DNA of 64,000 nt from Thermoanaerobaculia bacterium (GCA_963664405.1 OY761158.1:3168001-3232000), one strand, 5' to 3'; positions 49,827-60,060 are shown, counted from the first letter of the stretch. Notes: generated by a model not told the origin, from the letters alone. Program-made: numbers and translations.

Positions 49827-50726
49827 ATGACTGACACGGACGAGCGCGTCGCCTACCACAATGGAGCCATCGTTCCCGAGAGCAAGGTGCTGGTTCCCTT
49901 TCGCGATAGCGGCTTCCTTTATGGCTATGCCGCTTTCGATACCGAGCGTACCTTCCGCCACCGTCTGTTCAAGCTCGAGGAGCATCTGGAGCGCTTTTAT
50001 CGCTCGTTGAGCTACCTGCGGCTCGAGTCGGGGATGAGTCCGGATGAGATGGCGAGTCTTACCGAGGAGGTGGTGGAGCGCAACCTAGCTCTCCTCGACG
50101 AGGGTGACGACTACTGGGTCACCCAGCGCGTTTCCGCGGGACTACGCGGGGCGGAGCGGCCGACGGTCATCATTGAGTGTGTCCCGCTCCCCTTCGCCGA
50201 GCGCGCGCCGCTGTTTCGAGACGGAGCGCAGGTGGTCGTCCCCTCGGTGCGGCGGACGGCGCCGGAGGCGCAGAGTCCGAGGGCCAAGACCCACAACTAC
50301 CTCAATCTGATTCTCGCCGAGCTCGAGGTCAAAGCCGCGAGCCCCGACGCTTGGGCGATCCTGCTCGATGCGAACGGCAATCTCTGCGAGGGTCTGGGGT
50401 CCAACCTGTTCCTCGTTTCGGGCGACACGCTGCTGACGCCGCAAGAGCGCTACGTGCTCCCCGGCGTGAGCCGCGATACGGTGATCGAGCTAGCGCGAGA
50501 CAAGGGGCTGACCGTGGAAGAGAAGGACATCGACCTCTTCGACGCCTACGCGGCCGATGAGGCATTTCTCACCTCGACCAGTCTTTGCATCTGCCCAGTG
50601 CAGAGTGTGAATGGCAGGTCGCTTCGAAGCGGAGCTGTGCCGGGCCCAGTGACCCGTCTGCTATCGGAGGCCTACGCCGAGCTTCTCGACTTCGATTTCG
50701 TCTCGCAGTATCTCGCACACCTCTGA
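49827..50726 (+). CDS. Class IV PLP aminotransferase (BCAT/D-amino acid aminotransferase-like)
   Basis: DSGFLYG, HLERFYRS, RAKTHNYL, EGLGSNLF, LPGVSR, ADEAFLTST. Confidence 0.9.
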   Translation: MTDTDERVAYHNGAIVPESKVLVPFRDSGFLYGYAAFDTERTFRHRLFKLEEHLERFYRSLSYLRLESGMSPDEMASLTEEVVERNLALLDEGDDYWVTQRVSAGLRGAERPTVIIECVPLPFAERAPLFRDGAQVVVPSVRRTAPEAQSPRAKTHNYLNLILAELEVKAASPDAWAILLDANGNLCEGLGSNLFLVSGDTLLTPQERYVLPGVSRDTVIELARDKGLTVEEKDIDLFDAYAADEAFLTSTSLCICPVQSVNGRSLRSGAVPGPVTRLLSEAYAELLDFDFVSQYLAHL

Positions 50727-50769
50727 GAAGCCCTTGGGCCTGCGGGGCCCATCCGAATCTGCGCTTCCG

Positions 50770-51114
50770 TCAGAGCTCCTGCAGCGAAGTGACGACGCGC
50801 ACGTACTCCTGCGCTAGAGAGTCGAGATCCTCCTGACCGGGCTCATCGCCTCGAGCACAACGCTCCTCGATTCTCTGGCACAAGCTCGAGAGACGGAGCG
50901 CCCCAATGGCCGAGGAGCTACCTTTCAGCCGGTGAGCGAGGTCGCCGAGCTGTGCCGGGCCCTCGGCCGCCCACGCCGCTCGCATCTTCTCGAGGAGATC
51001 ACTTTCGATGAACAGTTGTGCAAGCTCGTGGAGAAGGTCGCTGCCGGTGCTCTCAGCGAGAGATTCGAGAGTCGCCAAAGTCTCGGCGTCCAACGGATCA
51101 AGGTGTCGCTCCAT
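50770..51114 (-). CDS. Hpt domain phosphotransfer protein
   Basis: LAHRLKGSSSAIGA..LS.LC..IE. Confidence 0.88.
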   Translation of the reverse strand: MERHLDPLDAETLATLESLAESTGSDLLHELAQLFIESDLLEKMRAAWAAEGPAQLGDLAHRLKGSSSAIGALRLSSLCQRIEERCARGDEPGQEDLDSLAQEYVRVVTSLQEL

Positions 51115-51156
51115 GCAGCCTCTCGATTTGGGTGGCCTCTAGCCTGAGATTAGGGC

Positions 51157-51888
51157 TCAGGCGTTGCTGCTCTGCCTGAATGCGTAGCCGATGCCGTGCT
51201 CGGTATGGAGATAGACGGGTCTCGAAGGCTCACTCTCGGTCTTCTTGCGGAGCCGGTGGATGTTGACGCGCAGCGTATCCTCCAGGACATCGCCGTCCGG
51301 CCAGACACGTCGAAGAAGGTGGCCTGTCGTGACGATTCGCCCTCGGTTGGCGACCAGAATCTCGAGGATCTTGGCCTCGGTCGGTGTCAGGTGAACCGAC
51401 TCTCCGTCGACGATCGCTGCTGGTGATGAGAAGTCGACGGCGAGGCGCTCGTCGATCTTTGTCACCCTCGGAAAGGTGTAGGAGAAATCGCTCCTGCGAC
51501 TGATCACTCGCCCTACTCGCGCCGCTAGTTCCGGAGGATCGAAGGGTTTGGTCACGTAGTCGTCGGCGAATTCCTGAATAGTCTTGACGACGGTGCGTCG
51601 GTCATCGACCGAAGTGAGCATGATCAGGGGGACATCCGAGGAGCGACGTAGCTCGCGGCATAGCTCGAGGCCGGATACCCCGGGCATTCTGATGTCGACG
51701 ATGGCGAGGTGGGGAAGTCCGTTCTTTTCGATGAAGCTCTTCGCCTCCTTGGCGGAGGCTGCTCCAACGACGTCGTAGCCGGCCTCCTCGAGCGTGGAGG
51801 CGACGATACGAAGGACGATCGGATCGTCATCGACGACCAAGATCTTGCAGATAGCGTCGGGCTTGTCCGACTGTAGACTGCGAGTCAC
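51157..51888 (-). CDS. OmpR/PhoB-family response regulator
   Basis: ILVVDDD, DIRMPG, DDYVTKPF, LTPTEAKIL, VNIHRLRKK, GIGY. Confidence 0.92.
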   Translation of the reverse strand: MTRSLQSDKPDAICKILVVDDDPIVLRIVASTLEEAGYDVVGAASAKEAKSFIEKNGLPHLAIVDIRMPGVSGLELCRELRRSSDVPLIMLTSVDDRRTVVKTIQEFADDYVTKPFDPPELAARVGRVISRRSDFSYTFPRVTKIDERLAVDFSSPAAIVDGESVHLTPTEAKILEILVANRGRIVTTGHLLRRVWPDGDVLEDTLRVNIHRLRKKTESEPSRPVYLHTEHGIGYAFRQSSNA

Positions 51889-52153
51889 TTGCTATTTGCG
51901 GATTCGTTTGTGACGAGAAAATGATTCCGTACACCCTCTTGCGCTCCGTCGAAGATGTCCCTTCACCGTCAGCGGCCCACAAGATGCGGATCGAAGCATG
52001 CAGAGCCCTAGATTTCGCAGCGTTGACTCTCGTCAAGAGGCTATGAATACCGCGTATCCCGAAACGATTGTAGCAGGTGCTTTCTTTCTCTGAAAGCGCC
52101 TCCGTCACACCCGAGCGGTATGATCAAGATGTCGGTGAACCCGGCGGACGCCC

Positions 52154-53146
52154 TTGACTGGTAGAGCCCAATCCCCATCGAGCCCTAGCGCGGCGCCGGA
52201 GTTGGTACCGGGTGCCGAGTTGCTCACTGGGGGCTTTCGGCGCATCGTTGTGCTGCTGTTGAGCCTCGTTACAGCACCGACGGTGCTTCTGCTGGCGATC
52301 GGCATCCTGATGCTGGTCTTCTATGACGCCCAGCTCAACCTCGTATTCGGAATCATGGTCGTCACCATGGTCCTGTGTCTGGCGACCGGAACTGTGATCG
52401 CTCTCGTCTTTCTCAGGCGTGAGGCGCAGATGTCTCAGCTCCAGTCGGACTTCGTGTCGAAGGTAAGTCACGAGCTGCGCACACCCCTCACCTCGATCCG
52501 TCTCTTCGCCGAGACCTTACAGCGCGACGATGTTCCTTCGGCGGAGCTCGCGGCCTGCGTGAATGCTCTGGCGAGCGAGACAGGGAGGCTCAGCGAACGT
52601 ATCGAGCGCTTGCTGGATTGGGGCCGGATGGAAGCTGGAAAGAGGGAGTACCGTCTCGTTCTCTCGGAGGTCCCGGCCATCACCACCGCAGCCCTTGCTG
52701 CTTTCGATTCGGTGATGATGGGGCGCTCAGCCATTGTCGAGGTCGAGATCGCCGAGGACCTTCCGCTCATCCAGGCCGACAGAGACGCTGTGGTCGATGC
52801 GCTGCTCAACCTTCTGACCAATGCCGAGAAGTACTCGGGGGCGAAGAAACAGATCTTTCTCGAGGCCAGAGCGGACCCCAAGTGGGTTTCCATTACGGTC
52901 GGTGACAAAGGCCTAGGCATCCCTCATTCGGAGCACAAGAGAATCTTCCAGAAGTTCTATCGAGTCGACGAGCGTCTCTCCCGAGCGGTAGAAGGATCGG
53001 GGCTCGGCCTCGCGATCGTCAAGCACATCGCCGACGCGCACGGCGGCAAGGTGGAGCTCGATAGCCATCCTGGTCATGGCAGCCGATTCACGCTTCTCTT
53101 CCCGGTGCCGAAAGCAAGTCCCGGCACGACCGCATCTGTGCCATGA
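52154..53146 (+). CDS. Sensor histidine kinase
   Basis: Two adjacent TM segments, SHELRTPL, NLLTNAEKY, DKGLGI, GSGLGLAIV. Confidence 0.92.
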   Translation: MTGRAQSPSSPSAAPELVPGAELLTGGFRRIVVLLLSLVTAPTVLLLAIGILMLVFYDAQLNLVFGIMVVTMVLCLATGTVIALVFLRREAQMSQLQSDFVSKVSHELRTPLTSIRLFAETLQRDDVPSAELAACVNALASETGRLSERIERLLDWGRMEAGKREYRLVLSEVPAITTAALAAFDSVMMGRSAIVEVEIAEDLPLIQADRDAVVDALLNLLTNAEKYSGAKKQIFLEARADPKWVSITVGDKGLGIPHSEHKRIFQKFYRVDERLSRAVEGSGLGLAIVKHIADAHGGKVELDSHPGHGSRFTLLFPVPKASPGTTASVP

Positions 53147-53844
53147 GCTCGGTGAGCCTAGAGAGTCCGAAGCCGCGGATCTTGTTGGTCGAGGATGATC
53201 CGTCCATCGTCCTGGGCCTACGAATCAATCTTGCGGCGGAAGGCTACGAGTTGGCGGTTGCAGGTGACGGGGTGACCGGCCTGCGCCTAGCGGAGGAAGA
53301 GCAGTACGATCTGGTGATTCTCGACGTGATGATGCCAATGATGAACGGCTTCGAAGTGCTCATGCGTCTCAGAGCGAATGGGAACGAGGTACCCGTGCTC
53401 GTCCTCTCCGCCCGGGGAACCGAGTTGGACAAGGTAACAGGTCTCGACCTCGGAGCCGAAGACTACGTGACCAAACCCTTTAGCCTGGCAGAGCTCTTGG
53501 CCAGGGTACGTACGCTGCTGCGACGTCGCCGGCCCGGGGCGGGCAGCTCCTGGGGGTTCGACGACGTTGTCGTCTACCCGGATCGGCACGAAGTGGTTCG
53601 GAGGGGAGAGTCGGTCACGCTGACAGCTACCGAGCTCAAGATCCTCGCCCTGCTCCACAGTGCCAGGCAGCGAGCCCTTCACCGGGACGAGATCCTCACT
53701 GCGATCTGGGGGCCCGAGCACCACGGGACGGCGAGAACGATCGACAACTTCATCGCGCAGCTCCGTTCTAAGCTCGAGGCGGATCCGTCTGCACCAAAGC
53801 ATCTGGTGACAGTGCGGGGCGTTGGTTATCGTTTCATTGAATAG
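53143..53844 (+). CDS. OmpR/PhoB-family response regulator
   Basis: ILLVEDD, DVMMP, DYVTKPFS, RTIDNFIAQLRSKLE, TVRGVGY. Confidence 0.93.
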   Translation: MSSVSLESPKPRILLVEDDPSIVLGLRINLAAEGYELAVAGDGVTGLRLAEEEQYDLVILDVMMPMMNGFEVLMRLRANGNEVPVLVLSARGTELDKVTGLDLGAEDYVTKPFSLAELLARVRTLLRRRRPGAGSSWGFDDVVVYPDRHEVVRRGESVTLTATELKILALLHSARQRALHRDEILTAIWGPEHHGTARTIDNFIAQLRSKLEADPSAPKHLVTVRGVGYRFIE

Positions 53845-53854
53845 CGAGGTCGCA

Positions 53855-55759
53855 TTGTCAAAGCGGTGGTTTCTGTCGGCGGCTCTATCGTTAGCGGCTC
53901 CAGGGGTGGTGATCTCGGGACCGGCGACTCCCGCGACCGCGGCGATCGCGGAAGTGGAGCTGGATGCCTTCATCAGGGCCAGCTACACGAAGTACGAGCA
54001 CCGGATCGAGATGCGTGATGGAGAGAGGCTCTTTACCGCCGTCTACGTGCCGAAGGATCAGTCTCGTCTCTACGGGATCATGCTGATGCGCACGCCCTAC
54101 GGCGTCGCCCCTTACGGCGTCGACCGCCTTCGGGAGGGCCTCGGCCCCTCCGAGCGCTTCGCTCGCGAAGGCTTCATCTTTGCTTACCAAGATGTCCGCG
54201 GGCGCTTCCTCTCCGAGGGAGAGTTCGAGGACGCATCACCGCATCGGGTGACAAAGAGCGACCGCGGTGTCGACGAGAGTACCGATACATGGGACACCAT
54301 CGAATGGCTGACCGCGAACGTGGAGGGGAACAACGGGAAGGTGGGTATGTGGGGTATCTCCTACCCAGGCTTCTTCGTTGCCGCCGGCATGATCGATGCC
54401 CACCCCGGGCTGGTGGCGGCGTCTCCTCAGGCGCCGGTCACCGATCTCTACATGGGGGACGACGCCTATCACGGTGGAGCCTTCTTCCTCGCCTCCAACT
54501 TCCGCTTCACCTCTACCTTCACCAGACATGAGAAGCCGACGACGCAGGGGCGCGGCAAGCCCTTCGACTACGGGACCGTAGACGGCTACGAGTTCTTTCT
54601 GGGCCTGGGCTCCTTGTCGCAGGTGGATGCTCTCCACTTCCATGGCGAGAGCCCTTTCTGGACGGCGATGCTCGAGCACACGACCTATGACGAGTACTGG
54701 CAGGCTCGAGACATCTCGAGACATCTGCGGCGTGCACCGCCGGCGGTGATGACGGTTGGCGGTTGGTTCGATGCGCAAGATCCGGCCGGAATCTTCAAGA
54801 TCTTTCGGGCCATCGAGAAGCAGGCTCCTGGTACTTCGAACCATCTCGTTGTCGGCCCTTGGTCGCATGGCGGCTGGTCACGAGGGGACGGTGACCGCCT
54901 CGGCGACGTGCGCTTTCTTGCCGAGACGTCGGAGTTCTATCGGGAAGAGATCGAGTTTCCCTTCTTCGACCGCGAGCTCAACGGCGCAGAGCACGAAGAC
55001 CTGCCCAAGGTGCTGGTCTTCGAGACCGGGACTCACCGATGGCGGCGCTTCGAGTCCTGGCCTCCGCCCTCGGCGGTTGCGCGCAAGCTTCACTTTCGAG
55101 CCCGCGGTGGGCTCGGCTTCATGCCGAGCCAAGAGGTGGATGCCGCGGACGAATACACCAGCGACCCGGCCCGGCCGGTTCCTTTCGTCAACCGCCCGGT
55201 AGTGGGGGTGCCAAAGGAGTACATGGTCAGCGATCAGCGCTTCGCGTCGAAGCGCCCCGATGTGCTTGTCTACGAGACGGACACGCTGGAGGAGGACCTG
55301 ACCGTCGTCGGCCCGATCTCACCCGAGCTCTACGTCACCACCACCGGAACCGACGCCGACTTCGTGGTCAAGCTGATCGACGTCTATCCCGAGGACTTTC
55401 CCGACAACGAGCCCAACCCCTCCGGGGTGCGGATGGGCGGTTACCAGCAGCTGGTCCGAGGCGAGCCCTTTCGCGCCAAGTTCCGCTCCAGCTTCGAGGT
55501 GCCCGAGCCCATGGCGCCGGGCGAGCGGACTCGCATTACCTGGAGCACTCCTGACATCTTCCATACCTTCCGAAGAGGTCACAAGATCATGGTGCAAGTG
55601 CAGAGCTCCTGGTTCCCACTGGTGGACCGCAACCCTCAGACCTTTGTCGACATTCCGAACGCTCGGCCCGAGGACTTCCAACCGGCCAGGCACCTGGTGA
55701 GCCGTTCCAAAGGCGCGAGCTCCAGTGTCGGCATTCTTGTTCTCGATCGCTCCCAATGA
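53855..55759 (+). CDS. CocE/NonD family hydrolase (alpha-amino acid ester hydrolase-like)
   Basis: Signal peptide, RTPY, QDVRGRFLSEG, GISYPG nucleophile motif, GPWSHG, SSWFPLVDRNPQ. Confidence 0.9.
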   Translation: MSKRWFLSAALSLAAPGVVISGPATPATAAIAEVELDAFIRASYTKYEHRIEMRDGERLFTAVYVPKDQSRLYGIMLMRTPYGVAPYGVDRLREGLGPSERFAREGFIFAYQDVRGRFLSEGEFEDASPHRVTKSDRGVDESTDTWDTIEWLTANVEGNNGKVGMWGISYPGFFVAAGMIDAHPGLVAASPQAPVTDLYMGDDAYHGGAFFLASNFRFTSTFTRHEKPTTQGRGKPFDYGTVDGYEFFLGLGSLSQVDALHFHGESPFWTAMLEHTTYDEYWQARDISRHLRRAPPAVMTVGGWFDAQDPAGIFKIFRAIEKQAPGTSNHLVVGPWSHGGWSRGDGDRLGDVRFLAETSEFYREEIEFPFFDRELNGAEHEDLPKVLVFETGTHRWRRFESWPPPSAVARKLHFRARGGLGFMPSQEVDAADEYTSDPARPVPFVNRPVVGVPKEYMVSDQRFASKRPDVLVYETDTLEEDLTVVGPISPELYVTTTGTDADFVVKLIDVYPEDFPDNEPNPSGVRMGGYQQLVRGEPFRAKFRSSFEVPEPMAPGERTRITWSTPDIFHTFRRGHKIMVQVQSSWFPLVDRNPQTFVDIPNARPEDFQPARHLVSRSKGASSSVGILVLDRSQ

Positions 55760-56694
55760 GCCCGCTTCCGCCTCGCCGGGTTCGACGCCTGCTGATGCTT
55801 GTAGCGTTGCTGGCAGCCCTCGTGGCTGTGATCCGCCTCGCCCGAGTCGACGAGGACGAGACCCCAGAGCAGGGAGAGGATTTCGTGGTGGACTTCTATG
55901 GCTTGCGCTATCGCGGCAACACCAGCAGTTTTCTCGATTCCAGGGTCCTCGAGTACGGCGCTTACGAGAAACCGATTCTCTATTTCATGCGCGATGCGAG
56001 TAGCGATAGCGGCACTTTCGTCGATGTCGGAGCCAATACCGGTCAACACTCGATGTTCATGTCACTTCATGTACGGGAAGTGCACGCATTCGAGCCTTAT
56101 CCCCCGGTGCTCGAAAGCTTCGAGGCGATGATCGAAGAGAACGGCATCGAAAATATCGTTCTACACCGGGTGGGGCTGGGCAGCGAGCGAGCGAGGCTAC
56201 CCTTCTTCGAGGGGTCCTCCGAAAACCAGGGAACAGGCTCCTTCGTGGAAGGCTTCAGCAGCAAGAACGAGTTCGTCAGCGAGTTCGAGATCGTTCCCGG
56301 TGACGAAGTGCTTGGCGCGGCGGGCATCGCCGATATCGAAATCATCAAGATCGACGTCGAGGCATACGAGAAGCCCGTTCTCGAAGGGCTTGCCGACACT
56401 CTGCTCGAACATCGGCCGCTGGTTGTACTCGAGCTCACCATCAACCCCGACCAGCAGCTGCTCTTCACCAGCGCGGCGGAGCTGGAGGGTGCATTCCCTG
56501 AGAACTATCGGATTCTCGCCTTCGATCGCGTCCGCAGCGACCCGCGCACCGGGGCTTACGCTTTTGTCGCCCCTTCCTTCGATTTCTCGCGCTTCTCCCA
56601 GAGAAACCTCTTGGCTTTCCCGGCCGAGAAGGGAGATGAGCTGCCTCTTGGCGATGTTCGATCGGCCTCTGCAAGAGCTCGCCGAAACCAATAG
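55756..56694 (+). CDS. FkbM family methyltransferase
   Basis: DVGANTG, HAFEP, KIDVEAYE; N-terminal TM segment. Confidence 0.88.
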   Translation: MSPLPPRRVRRLLMLVALLAALVAVIRLARVDEDETPEQGEDFVVDFYGLRYRGNTSSFLDSRVLEYGAYEKPILYFMRDASSDSGTFVDVGANTGQHSMFMSLHVREVHAFEPYPPVLESFEAMIEENGIENIVLHRVGLGSERARLPFFEGSSENQGTGSFVEGFSSKNEFVSEFEIVPGDEVLGAAGIADIEIIKIDVEAYEKPVLEGLADTLLEHRPLVVLELTINPDQQLLFTSAAELEGAFPENYRILAFDRVRSDPRTGAYAFVAPSFDFSRFSQRNLLAFPAEKGDELPLGDVRSASARARRNQ

Positions 56695-56703
56695 TGGCCC
56701 CGT

Positions 56704-58974
56704 TCAGGGAGAGGCCGGCAAAGGCATTTCGGCGCTGTCGGTAGCGCGAGCGCGCTCGAAGGCGGGCAGGGGCTTCTCGCTACGTACCTGCTCCAGCCAA
56801 ATGACCCCATCGTAGGGATGACTGTTGCCCCGGGTGGTGACGAAGTCGATGTCTCCGTCACGATCCAGGTCGTGGCCCTCGAACTTGTCGTACATGCCTC
56901 TCTTGCGCCGAGAGATGTCGTGTCGGGTCCATTCGCCTGCGGGGTCCGTCGGCTGCTCGAACCAGCCGATTCTGCCCAGTGGGTCGTCGGGGCTCACGTT
57001 CCCGTCGCGGTCCCGAACCCCCCGACTGTAGCTACCGCCGATGATGTCGAGATCACCATCACCGTCGATGTCGGCGAGGGTAAAGCCGGTCATCGAGTCT
57101 GGAACGAAAGTACCGATCCAGTGGGCCTTCCACGAGCCTGAGATCTGCTCAGGCTGCTCGATCCATCCCAGCCCGCCGGTGATCCCGAGAACGATATCGA
57201 GTCTGCCGTCGTGGTTGAGATCGGCGTAGGCAAGGTTGAAACCCGCTCCGGAAGAGCCATCGATCTCGATTGCGTGCTCTTCGAACGAGAAGTCAGGACC
57301 ACCGAGATTCTCGAACCACAAGATTCTGTTCTCGCCGCGAGAGCCCACAACGATGTCCAGATCGCCGTCGCCGTCGAGATCCACCGGCTCGGAATTCTGG
57401 GGAATGATGTATTGGCCGAGGACGTGCTCGGTCCAGTTGTCCCCATCCAGGGGATCTCCGTCGACGCTGAAGATCGAGACCGGGTTCTTGTCCGTAGTCG
57501 TTCGCGGGGGGTTCTGCTCTCCCTTGTTCGGTGCTACTGCCTCGGGTCTGCCGTCGCCGTTGAAATCGGCGAAGAAGACGCGGATGAAGGAGCCCCTGTT
57601 GCGGGTGATCTCCGGGATCGTGCGCTTCCACGTCTGGGTACGGGCCTCCTTGCCTGGATTCTGATGGTAGATGAGATGGGAGAGCTCACAGGCGCCGATC
57701 ACATCGAGCCAGCCGTCTCCGTTGACGTCCGCGATCGCCACGTCTTCCGCTGCTGCGGCGTCGGGGCCGTCGCTGAGGGTGACCAGCTCCCAGCGGTCGG
57801 GATCCGCCGAGCCGAAGGCGATACGGATGTGGCCTTCCGCCGCGCCGTCGTAGCTGGTATCGGACTCGTGCACCGACACGATGTCCAGATGGCCGTCACG
57901 GTCGAGGTCCGCCATCGTAAGCCCGTCACTGCCGCTGATCTCGAAGCCGGCGAGCTCGCTGTCGTCGATGATGTGCTCCCGCCACGAGATATAGCGGCCG
58001 TCGCTGCTGCGAGCCTTGGTCGGAGAGTCGCCGACCAGGGGCCCGTTGTTCGAACTCAGATCCTTCGCTGTCGAGTGCTTCTTGAGAAATGCGAGCACCG
58101 GATCGTTGAGTGAGTCTCCCGGGCGGCCGAGATCACGATTGATCGCGCCATGATCCTTGCCCGCTGCGGCGACGAGGCTGGCATCGACGCGGGCGGCTTG
58201 CAGGGCTTTGACGAAGGGCGCCGCTTGCCGAGACACGTCGGCCCTGCCTTCGGCATGGACGACGAGAAACGGCGGCAGGGTGCCGTCGGGACCCATGTGA
58301 AGGATCGGTGACACCGCCCTCCACTTGGCCGGGTCATTGCCGAAGACCTGTCGCATCACTTTGCCGTATCCGGTTGCGGGATCGGTGCTCTCGATCTGGA
58401 GCTCGACATTGTAGGGGCCGGTGTCGAGAGGAATGATGCCCGCGATCGTTTCTGGCCGGACCCCTTGCTCTTCGAGGAAGGCAGGGTTGGCGCCGACCAC
58501 CGAGACCAGATGTGCGCCCGAGGACCAGCCCATGAGAAAGATCCGTGAAGGGTCTCCGCCGTAGGTCTTCGCGTTCTCTTTAAGCCAGCGGGTGGCGCTT
58601 GCGATGTCGCGGGCGATCGTTGCTACCGGAACATCGGGAATGAAGCGATAGTTGGCGGAGGCGACGAGGAACCCCTCTTCGAGCAGCCAGGAGTCCTTGA
58701 AGTAGATCTGCTCTTTGTCGCCTCCAGTCCAGCCGCCGCCGTGAATGAATAGGACCACCGGTGCGGAGTCGAGATCGGCGGAGGAGTAGAGGTCGAGAGA
58801 CAGGCGTGCCGGATCGATCCCATCGATCTTGTCGTAGGCGATGTCGCTGTGGACCTTGACCCCGGCTTGCGAGCGAGCCTTCGCGGACTCGGCGAGAGGG
58901 TCGTCATTCGACTGTGCGTTTACGCTCGAGCTGGCGAGAGCGCAGCCGGCGATGAGAGCTGTCAAGAAACGCAT
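56704..58974 (-). CDS. Secreted alpha/beta hydrolase fused to FG-GAP/VCBS repeat domain
   Basis: Signal peptide, HGGGW, GWSSG; repeated DxDxDGxxD motifs in the C-terminal half. Confidence 0.85.
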   Translation of the reverse strand: MRFLTALIAGCALASSSVNAQSNDDPLAESAKARSQAGVKVHSDIAYDKIDGIDPARLSLDLYSSADLDSAPVVLFIHGGGWTGGDKEQIYFKDSWLLEEGFLVASANYRFIPDVPVATIARDIASATRWLKENAKTYGGDPSRIFLMGWSSGAHLVSVVGANPAFLEEQGVRPETIAGIIPLDTGPYNVELQIESTDPATGYGKVMRQVFGNDPAKWRAVSPILHMGPDGTLPPFLVVHAEGRADVSRQAAPFVKALQAARVDASLVAAAGKDHGAINRDLGRPGDSLNDPVLAFLKKHSTAKDLSSNNGPLVGDSPTKARSSDGRYISWREHIIDDSELAGFEISGSDGLTMADLDRDGHLDIVSVHESDTSYDGAAEGHIRIAFGSADPDRWELVTLSDGPDAAAAEDVAIADVNGDGWLDVIGACELSHLIYHQNPGKEARTQTWKRTIPEITRNRGSFIRVFFADFNGDGRPEAVAPNKGEQNPPRTTTDKNPVSIFSVDGDPLDGDNWTEHVLGQYIIPQNSEPVDLDGDGDLDIVVGSRGENRILWFENLGGPDFSFEEHAIEIDGSSGAGFNLAYADLNHDGRLDIVLGITGGLGWIEQPEQISGSWKAHWIGTFVPDSMTGFTLADIDGDGDLDIIGGSYSRGVRDRDGNVSPDDPLGRIGWFEQPTDPAGEWTRHDISRRKRGMYDKFEGHDLDRDGDIDFVTTRGNSHPYDGVIWLEQVRSEKPLPAFERARATDSAEMPLPASP

Positions 58975-59019
58975 GGCTGAACCCCTTTAGGAAAGACCGA
59001 GTGAGAGAAGACCAAGATC

Positions 59020-59350
59020 CTAGCAGCCGGGGGAAGTGATCGGTATCACTTCCCCCGGCTGCCGAACATGGCGCCGCGGACGGCGCATCGGGAGGAAGTG
59101 ATCGATATCACTTCCCCCGGCTGCTGAACATGGCGCTGCGGACGGCGCATCGAGAGGAAGTGATCAGTATCACTTCCCCCGGCTGCTGAACATGGCGCTG
59201 CGGACGGCGCATCGAGGGGAAGTGATCAGTATCACTTCCCCCGGCTGCCGAACATGGCGCCGCGGACGGCGCATCGAGGGGAAGTGATCGGTATCACTTC
59301 CCCCGGCTGCCGAACATGGCGCTGCGGACGGCGCATCGGGAGGAAGTGAT
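59020..59350. repeat. 62-bp tandem repeat (5 units plus a partial), each unit with a hairpin
   Basis: GGAAGTGAT at 59032, 59094, 59156, 59218, 59280 and 59342; hairpin GGAAGTGAT-cRRt-ATCACTTCC. Confidence 0.95.
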
Positions 59351-59755
59351 GGCAAGGGTCCGATGAAGGGCAGGCGTCTCGACAAGCTTCCTTCAACGAT
59401 GACGACCTGGGGCAAGTGGCGTGCTCTGTATCCCCAAACGACCGTTTATGTGAAGACTTCCATTCCCTACAACGCTCGCTTCGATAGCGATCATTTCTCG
59501 CGGATCGCGAAGAAGGATCCCGACGGCCCGCTGGAGGCGACCGACTGGGTGGTCGGTCTCGAATGGCACGTCGAGGCTGCGGTCTATCCGGCCAAGAGGC
59601 TGGCGGGAATGCGTCTGCTCAACGAGCATTTCGAAGGACAGGCGACGCTCGTCTATCTGTCGGAAGACCTATCGACGCCTCTGGTTTCGACCTACTCTCT
59701 CTGGTTCGCCTGGCAGAAGTACCGCCCCGATTCGGAAGTCTGGGGAGGCGGCTAG
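59351..59755 (+). pseudogene. DUF3179-like gene remnant
   Basis: GPMKGRRL..LPS.MTTWGKWR..YPQT.V and WFAW..Y.P motifs; N-terminus absent and the interior appears shortened. Confidence 0.6.
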
Positions 59756-59759
59756 GCTG

Positions 59760-60060
59760 ACGATTCCTCTGGCTCGAGGTCGACGTCGCGCATTCTCGAC
59801 CACGCCTCATGCCAATGGGCCTGAGCCTCTCGTCCGGTTTCGGTGATGCGGTGCAGCGCCGGGGCGGCCCAGTGTCGGAAGGCTCGACGGCACTTTCGAG
59901 ACGACCTTCTCTTTCCAGCGAGCGTCGAACCGGGTAGAGAGTTCCACGCTTCATCGGCAGGTCGCCATCGGAGAGCGATTCGAGAATCTTCGAGATCTGG
60001 TATCCGTACATCGGCTCGCGGATCTGTTCCAAGAGTGTGAGGACTACAGGTGAGACGGTG
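59760..60060 (-). pseudogene. PadR-family regulator remnant
   Basis: PMYGYQI, GTLYP..RSLE..G, GPPRR followed by a frameshift where YYRIT is expected. Confidence 0.7.

Noticed and set aside
59020-59350. CRISPR array
   Set aside because: Sequences between the hairpins are near-identical rather than unique spacers, and no cas genes are present
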